64,000 nucleotides of DNA from Zygnema circumcarinatum SAG 698-1b (taxonomy: Eukaryota; Plantae; Zygnematophyceae), in NCBI GenBank assembly GCA_037447605.1, contig CM074804.1:2976001-3040000 (forward strand), given 5' to 3'. This document shows, piece after piece, positions 37,436 through 47,274 of this stretch. Position numbers and translations under genes: made by a program. The notes under the pieces were generated by a model, which did no database searches, was not told the DNA's origin, and was given only the letters and a program-made list of their open reading frames with translations. Positions within the stretch are counted from its first letter, which is position 1. Each line of letters starts with the position of its first letter.

Positions 37436-37546
37436 GGCTTCAAGCTCCTCCTGCCTCCTCTACCAGGCCTGTGCGGGTCTAAAGAGAAGCAGCGGCGCAG
37501 GGAGCTGCCAGCGCGGGCCGCCGCGCTCTTGTTCCGCGCGCGGCTG

Positions 37547-37682
37547 GTGATGCAGCGCCCGCCAGCCGGTGATGCAGGGTGTGGGCAGGTGATGCAGGGC
37601 CGCCCTGGAGTGATGCAGGGCCGGCCCCGGCGTGATGCAGCTCCCGCCAGGCGGTGATGCAGCGCGCGCGGCGGTGATGCAG
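37547..37682 (-). promoter_or_regulatory. Phased array of seven GTGATGCAG (sense CTGCATCAC) motifs upstream of LHCB5
   Basis: Motif starts at 37547, 37569, 37589, 37610, 37632, 37654 and 37674, separated by unrelated GC-rich spacers. The regulatory role is inferred. Confidence 0.6.
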
Positions 37683-37778
37683 GAGCGGCGGCGCGTCACG
37701 TCACGGATGGCGCGCTATCCGCGAGCGCGCGGCAGCCAATGGGCGCGCGGCGGGGCGACGCGACCGGATGGGCCCGTG

Positions 37779-37911
37779 CCGTACGGACAGGTACGGACGA
37801 AACTGTACGGGTGGCTGGAACTTCATTTCTACAGTACAGTACCCGAATAGGGTACAGTACAGTAGCGGAAGGGGGCGGAGGCGAATCCTACGGACCGTAC
37901 ATGGGCCGTAC
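37779..37911. promoter_or_regulatory. Dense GTAC/CCGTAC (SBP-box core) cluster upstream of LHCB5
   Basis: Ten GTAC in about 130 bp (37781, 37791, 37805, 37834, 37839, 37852, 37857, 37897, 37908 and adjacent), three of them in CCGTAC context. Confidence 0.4.
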
Positions 37912-38090
37912 GAGATGGAGGCCACGTCACATGCTGCCCTTCGCCAAACTGGAACTGCGACGGGCGGAAGCCAATCAAAAGGCTGCTTTCCAATCACGGA
38001 CAGGTGTCGTGCACTGCACTGTCGCAACATACTGTCCTCCGTTCTGTTTCGTACTGCGGCGTACGGCATGTCATGCCATGCCATGCATAG

Positions 38091-38334
38091 GGGATGTACA
38101 TTTGTCCGTACAAGCGAGAGTTTTAGATTCCAGAATTAAAACGTTCGAATATCTTAAAGTTTCAGAGTTTGGTACGACCATTGAAATTAAACACCCGAAA
38201 TTGAATTGCGCTCCCGCTAACCCTACATCCGTACGACTGACCGGCCATTCCAAAAGTGTTTTATAAAATGGCCTGACTTTTAGAAATTTTGATTGGAATT
38301 CTAACACACGACACTGCGTTCTAATGTACATCCC
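38091..38334. mobile_element. Tourist/Harbinger-like MITE (244 bp)
   Basis: Perfect 12-bp TIR GGGATGTACATT / AATGTACATCCC, flanked on both sides by TAG (3-bp TSD). AT-rich non-coding interior. Confidence 0.65.
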
Positions 38335-39902
38335 TAGCTTTGTTCTTTCGTCCTTAGGTCCTCTGTGACCACTTCCTCGTGGTTCCCCATGAATTTGTCC
38401 ATGTACATTTGATGGCCCCGCCACCGTGAGATCAATGCCACTTCCATTTGCCATGCCATGCCATCATGGGAATTGAGGCCGTCCGGGCGGGGCGGGGCGG
38501 GCGACCACCTCGGAGGGGTCCGTCCGAGCGAGCGGCGGAGGCGAGTAGGAGGTGCGATCGGTCGGTCGGTCTCAAGCTGTGTTTGTCTGTCTGTCTGTCA
38601 CTCAGCGCGGCCAGACCCGGGTCGCGTCGCAGGTCGGAATGAGGTGAGGAGGCAAAATTGGAAACGGTGTCGCGCCGGTCGGAGACTTCAAGTGTGATGC
38701 CTCGCAGTTCAGAGAGCTGCGGGGTCTTTTGTTCAAATAAGAAATGCAGCGCGTTTCTACAGCAGTAGGGTCTGTAGAGGAGGACTTCGCCAAAGCCGCC
38801 TCCATGACGAAAGGTAATTGGACAAGGCTTGAAGTCCCCAGATTTTCTGTTTTGACGAGGGAAGCTAGAAATAGAGTTTCGCAATGCCGCAGAGACTGCT
38901 CTCATTGGCACACCACCGTTCTGTGCAAGGTGCATAAGTGGTCTCCATTGAGAGTGGGCTCTCCGTTGCTCTTTTCTGAAGCATGTGCCACGCAACTCAA
39001 GCACCCAACGAGACGAGCTCAACATGCACCATGGACTTGCCATCGTCAAGAGTGCTTGGCATCCTTCGTAGCTTCATATGCCTAATTAATCGTCCTGACG
39101 GCCGATTTTCACGCAGATTCTATTGCCTCTTCGCAAATTTCGACCTAATTGATTTTTTAGTCCTAAAAAAAATCTTGCATGTTTCATACGAACTCGTACA
39201 AACAGACCGACAGACAAGAGCCAGACAGACGGACCGATGAACAGACAGACCAACAAGGAGCCAAACGGACAGACAGAAGGAAAATCAGTCTGATCGATGA
39301 GACCAGAGCAGACCCGACCCGACTATGTGCGCGTGTCGTTCGCAAGCACGACTAGCGGTTCCACCACCACCTTCGAAGCACAGCCTTTGCAAAACTGGCG
39401 AGTTTAATCAAAGCAATTCGCTTAAGGCGGGCTGATAATTACAGATTGTGCAGCAGACTCTAATGAAAAATGGCGACGGATCTCCCTCTCTAGGGCGGCC
39501 CTTCGGCATTTGGCCAAGAGGCACCCTTAGCCGCGATGTACCACTCTCCTACGCGTTATTTTCTCCCCATAGCTTCAAAGGAGCGTTGCTGCTTTCACTA
39601 CTACCTGTGCTGGACCTGCACTGCAGGGGCGGCTTCAACTGCACTCGACTTAACAAGGAAAACCTCCTAATCCTAAGAATTAGTATAAGCCTACAGACTA
39701 TCACACCAGCAACATGGAAACGCAAGCCTCTAAAGGCGGAATCTACTCAATCTGACTCTCGTTCCAGTAACCCAATTTGGAAGGGCCTAAGCCACTACAG
39801 CGGCCTGCAAAAATCAGTGTTAACATTTGCAGCAAGGCTAGTGGTTCCTATGGCTCGGTGTATTGGCCAACGTGAGGGCAGCAGCTAAGTTTGCAAAGTT
39901 GG

Positions 39903-42900
39903 CTACAAGTTCAGTTCTGCAGGGAGGCAGGGCAACCTCTGGATTCGGGCTCCCAGACTCCGCAGCTTGTCATCCAGCTTCTCATATCCTCTGTCTATGT
40001 GGGACACTCCCTCTATATGCGTCACTCCCTCAGCAGCCATACCTGCCAGGACAAGTGCTGCTCCAGCTCTCAAATCCGTGGCTGTCACTGGCACTCCATA
40101 AAGGCAACTGCAGAAAGAAACGCACAGCGGACTATGATTAGTGTCAATTGAAGGGCTTTCAGCCTAAAGAGTTCAGTTATGTACTGACTTGCCATGTATA
40201 GGGCAAGGGCATGAGCAAGGTTGATAAATTGGAAAAAGCACATCATAGACGGCTAAACTCACATGCAAAACAACCTAAGAATGACTTGGTAATCCACCTG
40301 AGGCCTTCAAACTCTCCCTCGGTTTGCTGAAACTGACACACAGCCTAGTTGAAGCTGACATATGTGGAAGACTGTTGTGAAATATGGTCGCAGACCCCTT
40401 GGGGTAATCATACCTGCCCTGATCTCTTCCGCAAACAAGAGCCGTGCTTCCCGTCACCTTAATGTCAGCTCCCATTTTCTGAAGCTCTTCCACTGCACAC
40501 ACAAAATGCACCGCTACATGAGAGACATACCAAATATAGCAGGTACATTATTCCAAACTAAATCGCGTACACCCAACAAGCCCTCCTTCCTGTAAATACA
40601 TTCCAAACAAGAGAAGGCGCAGGACCCAAGGATCGACTAACAAAACATACGGCACCGTTAGCTACCACTCACGGAAAAGGCCATGATAAAAAAATGTAAA
40701 AAAAACTGCCAAGACTCTTACTTCTTTGAACTCTATAGATTCAAAAAACACACTGTATCCCAGGTCTATTTGTGACAGTCACCTAGAACCTTATCATGAA
40801 GCACAACTTGGACTCAAATACTCAAATGAAACCTTTAGGGACGGAGTTGGCAGAAAAGACCAATACAATTCAATCTCACCTACCAAGTTCTAACTAATCC
40901 CATTTTGCAGAAACTGTTCGTTCAAGACCCAACTGAATCTGTTCAAAGGGGAGAATAGCGACAACTGAGCACCAATGAATAGCAAATTATACGAAGCTTC
41001 GTGAACATACCATGCCGCATACGGCTCTCGAAAACAGTCTCTCTCACAATACTGGATCCATTACAGGTGGGGAGGAGAGCCATCATTTGGGGTTGGAGAT
41101 CTGTTGGAATGCCTGGATAAGGTAGGGTGGTCACATCCTGCGCAGTCATTCTATGATTTCTGGCAGATATCTGCATCAAAGTCCAAAAGCACACTGAGAT
41201 TTCCCTTAGAATAACAACAACCTACCGCAAACTCGAAATAAGTTGACCACTATACTTTGCGTTGTTATTTCTGAAAAGCAAGTAGGCTAAATGAGCTCCA
41301 TCACGACACAGAACCACTGTAAACAACCCCTCTCCCTCGTCAAAAAATACCCGAAAGGAAGCTTCTACCAAAGTCGGAGAACAATGACTTCAATTTCAAC
41401 AAAACAACTGCCAGTCATAGAGAAGTTAGTACCTCCAAGCAGCTGACGTCCGTCTGTCTAATGGTGCAGCCAATCGCTTGAAGCTTGCTGATTACTGCCG
41501 TTAAGTGGTGCGGAATGACAGGGGACATGCTGATAGCTGATCGTGTGATAGCAGCCGCCACAAGGAACGTGCCCGCCTCAATTCTGTCAGGAATGACAGT
41601 GAAGTCCGTCCCCCGCAATTTGGAAACGCCGTTGATGACGAGGGTGTTCGTTCCGGCTCCTTTGATGAGTGCCCCACACGACTTGAGGAAGTTGGCGAGG
41701 TCGACCACTTCAGGCTCCTGATTGACGTGCGAAGCATTAACAAAGCAGGAGATTCCGGTCCCTTAAAGCCCAATCCAAGCACAGCCACAAGGCTCTGTCA
41801 ACAGAGCCAAGGCCCTGCCTGATTTCAGACGAAGGTCTAAGGGCGCAAGGCACTGTGCAAACTAACGTTTCAGTGTAAGATCTTTCAAGAATTATACAGT
41901 TGATGAATTCCTGGATACTGACAATGCTTTAAGAGGCGGTTGTGCATGGATCTACTTCTCCTCTACGGGACACGTAAAATGAAAGACACAGGGCCATTGA
42001 GATCGCCACTTCCCTCCATTATTCACACGCACTTTCACAGATGGATATGAAAATCAACGGCAATCACGACTAATGGTACACAGAACACAGTGCATTATTG
42101 CCCTAGGTCATAGTCGACGCATATTCTTCATAGTACCAAGATTCTGATGTATACCTGGGCCACATTCGACAATATCGTTTCCCCATCGGCGAGAGATGCC
42201 GCCATCATTAGGGTCTCAGTTGCTCCCACACTCGGGTAGTCCAGGTAAAAATTTCCACCTGTCAGCCTCTTACCGTTGCACGCCCTTGCATGCACACGCC
42301 CCTGCCTGCACGAACACAGAAGGATTCAAAGAAATGTGAGAATAAAATAGTGAGTAAAATAGGTATAAATATACCGAGTATGCTGCGCAGACTTTAAGCA
42401 CACAAGCTCCATCAGGGGCGAGCGTGCCACACTGAAAATGCTGGTGAATACCATAGTAATCGTAATGGATGGAGTACATCGATCGACATCAGATGCTAAC
42501 ATTCCCTAAATCCCTAAAGTGATAGCTTCTGGCATTCTCAAAGATCGGCATTTGAAATCCGCAGAAGCATCTAAATCACATAGTAGTCAGCGGGATTGGT
42601 TGCATTCATATGGCAAACAGCGGCAAATTCAGCACAGCACAAAATTCAGCATCACGAGCAAGATTCGCTCTACGAAGAGACTATTCGCCAGAGCCAACCA
42701 GCAATTACAGTCTGCCTACGCTTGCAACCTCCAATTCAAACAAAGATGAGTTCACTTATCTACCGATAAAAACGTAACTTCGAGTTTCATGAAACTTAGA
42801 CTTTTCACTTGTTTTAACTATGCTTCGTCAACTTAAAAAATTTACCAGGAGAAAAGAAAAGGGGAACATAAGGAGAGTATCATCGTGTGGCCTTTCAGAG

Positions 42901-43708
42901 CGAGCGAGAGAGAGACATAGAGAGACAGAAAGTACCTTATCGAGACTTCAGCTCCTAACGCTTCCAAGCCTCGAACATGCAGGTCAATTGGCCGAGCTCC
43001 AATGTTACAACCCCCTGGCAAGGGAACGATGGCCTCGCCCTGCCGTCCCATTATCGCTCCGAACACGAAAAAGCTCGCTCTCAGTTTCCGGACGACATCT
43101 GGACACGGCTCAACTGATGTGAGGTGGCTTGCATCCACACTGACAGAGGTGTCTAAACCATCTACTCCGCGCTTAATCTTCACTCCTAGAGACTGCAGCA
43201 CTTGGAACATCCTTCTGATATCATGCAGGTCAGGGACTCTCCTCAGAACGAGCGGCTCATGGGAGCACAACGCCCCTGCAAGGACAGCGAGAGCTGAATT
43301 TTTGGCGCCGCTCACGTGCACGTGACCTGATAAACGGTAGCAATGCTCTACTTCGAAGCATTCTACAAGGCCTCCAGAAAGAGCAGGAGTTCCTCCAGGA
43401 AAGAGAACATTATGAACAGATGGCGCCTGGTTGCTGCTGCTGCTTTCAAGAGCTCTACTGCTACTGCTGCTGCTGCTACTCCCCACCGCCTTATCTGCAG
43501 CGCTAGCCCTAATAGATATATCCCTTGTGCTTTGCAGATGCGCATCCAAGCGGTCCTGCCTCCGCCTGAAACTGGCGACTGACTGCCACCTGCCTTCAAG
43601 CATCTGCGGTAAAGAATTGGGATGTATCTTGCAGTTCTCGCCGCTGGCAGAAAACGCCGCATAGATACATAAATCAGTTGCAGAAGCGCTTCCGATCATT
43701 GCTGCCAT
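39903..43708 (-). CDS. MurA: UDP-N-acetylglucosamine 1-carboxyvinyltransferase, plastid-targeted (~550 aa)
   Basis: Exons 43708-42936, 42305-42155, 41717-41433, 41170-41011, 40492-40414, 40107-39903. Motifs [72 protein letters not shown]. ~115-aa Ser-rich N-terminal extension. Confidence 0.96.
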
Positions 43709-44206
43709 GTTCCCTTCCTCTCTCTCTCCCGCTCTCTCTCTCTCTCTCCCTCTCCCTCTACCTCTCTCCCTCTCCCTCTCTCCCTCTCTCCCTCTCTCCC
43801 TCTCTCCCTCTCCCTCTCTCCCTCTCACTTCTCCCCCGTGTCGGTCCAACCCTAATCCACTCCTCCCGTTACAGTACCCTTCCCTCACACATTTCAAAAT
43901 CCTGCGAGGTTCATCCCTCCCTCTCTCCCCGCCCACCCCCGCCCTGCCGTCTCCTCCCCTCCGTACAGCCCCGTACGGCCCCTCCCCCCCCCCCCCGGCC
44001 CTGAACCCCCCCTGCCCGCAGCAAACGCCAGCCACAGCCACAGGCTCCCGCCCGCGCCAAACCCCCCCCTGTTCGTGCGCTTTCGCGCGGCCCGCAGTTC
44101 GCGGGTCGCGGGCCAATCAGCGCGCAGGCCTCCGATCCCTTCCGGGGATCAGGCAGGGCCGCCCGCCCGCGCTTCACGGGCCTCCGGGCGATCGCAGCCG
44201 TCGATC

Positions 44207-47200
44207 ATGCCACGCGATCGATGACAGCCGTCGATTGCGCCGCGCTGCCTCTGACAGGCCGCGGTCCCTACGCCGCGGGAGGGAGGCACAGCGGAAATGG
44301 CTGCCACCGCGGCAGAAACTGGGAGCTTAAGTACGGATTCTTCATTCAGACTGCAAGCAGGACTGGTCTCAGTATAAGGATCGGAATGAGTAGTTTGCTA
44401 ACCTGCGGAAATTCAAATTTTCTTTTTTGTCGGTGCACTGATCGATGGGCGAATTTAAAATTTCACATATTAATTTCAAGGTTGGCCCCAACAAATGACT
44501 GTCCGTACAGGGAACTGTCGGCTGCGATTTCCTCCTGCAAAGCTGTCAATCGGAGAGTGCCATGTTGTAAATTTTGGGGCCTGTCCGTACAGTGCCGACC
44601 CGGCTGCTTGTGGCGCTGATGACCCTTTTGAACGTTCGAACTGTCGTCAATTTAAATCCTATAGGGGTGTCAGACTTAACACATCAATCAAATCAATTTC
44701 GCAAGCCTGTCGGGCGAATTTAAGCATTGGCTAGGTACGCATTTCGGTATGGCTGGGCCCGGCGGAGCCGGGAATCCCGACCCGGAATTCGTACACGAAA
44801 CTTTGACTTTTAGTATACTAAATTCGGGAATTTAGTACGCTCCGGGCTAACACTGACCCCCCCCATAATTAGGGTCCCCATTTCGCATTCATTTCTCCCA
44901 TTGCTTTTTGGACTTGACAACCAGCCCCGCCCGACTCCGATTTCGAGTTCACGTCATGGCCCCGCTACTCATACGGAAAGCGGTTTTCGGGAGTCGGAAA
45001 CCAGCCCGTGGGGGCTGTCTGAGGCCACGACGCAGGATGCGCCAGCGCCTGAGGGTGGGAAACCACGAGCGTGCATGGCCAACAAGCACGTGCGTGCAGC
45101 CCAATGCGCTAAAAGCAAGAGTCTTTGTAAGGACCAGCAGGATAATAATAATTGACGGATGCCCAAAATTTTAGAAAAAAATGTATCAAAGAAATGCGCG
45201 TAGTTTTTTCAAAATCTACCGTCAAAGCTAGTAGTATAAAAATTTGGATGGGTTCCTGGACTCGTGCGAAATCACCCTGTCCAAAAATATGACTATCCTC
45301 CCATGACTGTTCTGCAGCAAGATCCAGTATTGCTTCAGCAGCTTCGTGTGTACGTACATATACCTCGACATGCATGCAAGCATACAAGATTACATACACA
45401 GCCGCGCTAATTGGTACAGGTCAAATTTGAAGTTCATACTGGAACTATTAAGTCTGTCTCCCCATAATCACTCAATTCAAGATTGGAAGAAACTAAAGAA
45501 AGGGAAGGTTACAAAGCGGGGCTCTACTGCTCTGCGAAACCATCTTCCTCTCCCTCTCCCGCTCCCTCCCTTTGGAGCTCCTCCCGCTCCCCCTCCCGCA
45601 TGGCCGCCACGAAGACATTCCCGGATTCGCAGCATCCTGCAAGAAGGTCAGATGATGAAGCCTGCCCCCCCCCCCCACCCAATTCACCATCATGGCGAGA
45701 AGGCCCAAACATACGCTCACGTCACATACACTCAGCCCCATCCATTACAAAACACGCCCCGCACCCTCTCCTCCAATCTCTCCCTCCCCCTCTCCTCCCC
45801 CCCCCCCCCCCNNNNNNNNNNATGCCACGCGATCGATGACAGCCGTCGATTGCGCCGCGCTGCCTCTGACAGGCCGCGGTCCCTACGCCGCGGGAGGGAG
45901 GCACAGCGGAAATGGCTGCCACCGCGGCAGAAACTGGGAGCTTAAGTACGGATTCTTCATTCAGACTGCAAGCAGGACTGGTCTCAGTATAAGGATCGGA
46001 ATGAGTAGTTTGCTAACCTGCGGAAATTCAAATTTTCTTTTTTGTCGGTGCACTGATCGATGGGCGAATTTAAAATTTCACATATTAATTTCAAGGTTGG
46101 CCCCAACAAATGACTGTCCGTACAGGGAACTGTCGGCTGCGATTTCCTCCTGCAAAGCTGTCAATCGGAGAGTGCCATGTTGTAAATTTTGGGGCCTGTC
46201 CGTACAGTGCCGACCCGGCTGCTTGTGGCGCTGATGACCCTTTTGAACGTTCGAACTGTCGTCAATTTAAATCCTATAGGGGTGTCAGACTTAACACATC
46301 AATCAAATCAATTTCGCAAGCCTGTCGGGCGAATTTAAGCATTGGCTAGGTACGCATTTCGGTATGGCTGGGCCCGGCGGAGCCGGGAATCCCGACCCGG
46401 AATTCGTACACGAAACTTTGACTTTTAGTATACTAAATTCGGGAATTTAGTACGCTCCGGGCTAACACTGACCCCCCCCATAATTAGGGTCCCCATTTCG
46501 CATTCATTTCTCCCATTGCTTTTTGGACTTGACAACCAGCCCCGCCCGACTCCGATTTCGAGTTCACGTCATGGCCCCGCTACTCATACGGAAAGCGGTT
46601 TTCGGGAGTCGGAAACCAGCCCGTGGGGGCTGTCTGAGGCCACGACGCAGGATGCGCCAGCGCCTGAGGGTGGGAAACCACGAGCGTGCATGGCCAACAA
46701 GCACGTGCGTGCAGCCCAATGCGCTAAAAGCAAGAGTCTTTGTAAGGACCAGCAGGATAATAATAATTGACGGATGCCCAAAATTTTAGAAAAAAATGTA
46801 TCAAAGAAATGCGCGTAGTTTTTTCAAAATCTACCGTCAAAGCTAGTAGTATAAAAATTTGGATGGGTTCCTGGACTCGTGCGAAATCACCCTGTCCAAA
46901 AATATGACTATCCTCCCATGACTGTTCTGCAGCAAGATCCAGTATTGCTTCAGCAGCTTCGTGTGTACGTACATATACCTCGACATGCATGCAAGCATAC
47001 AAGATTACATACACAGCCGCGCTAATTGGTACAGGTCAAATTTGAAGTTCATACTGGAACTATTAAGTCTGTCTCCCCATAATCACTCAATTCAAGATTG
47101 GAAGAAACTAAAGAAAGGGAAGGTTACAAAGCGGGGCTCTACTGCTCTGCGAAACCATCTTCCTCTCCCTCTCCCGCTCCCTCCCTTTGGAGCTCCTCCC

Positions 47201-47274
47201 GCTCCCCCTCCCGCATGGCCGCCACGAAGACATTCCCGGATTCGCAGCATCCTGCAAGAAGGTCAGATGATGAA
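44207..47274. repeat. Exact 1453-bp direct duplicate (44207-45659 = 45822-47274) bounded by N gaps; probable assembly artefact
   Basis: Constant offset of 1615 and no differences noticed. The second copy starts right after N 45812-45821 and ends right at N 47275-47284. Confidence 0.9.
44662..44865. mobile_element. MITE-like element, family A (also at 46277-46480 within the duplicate)
   Basis: TAGGGGTGTCAGACTTA ... CTAACACTGACCCCCCCC. Interior aligns with 2220-2444 (GGCTAGGTACGCATTTCG, GGAATTCGTA, TACTAAATTC..GAATTTAGTAC). Confidence 0.75.

Noticed and set aside
37547-37682. CRISPR array interpretation of the repeat-spacer pattern
   Set aside because: The 9-bp repeats and 11-13-bp spacers are far too short, the context is eukaryotic nuclear, and there are no cas genes.
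37460-37699. Repeat-containing precursor peptide (CIT.../ALHH...) encoded by the array
   Set aside because: Spacings of 20 and 22 break the frame, there is no signal peptide or dibasic processing site, and motif conservation is at the nucleotide level.
45822-47274. Second set of ORFs, MITE and WD40 terminal exon as a real segmental duplication
   Set aside because: Identical, gap-bounded and lacking the exon acceptor; treated as an assembly artefact.
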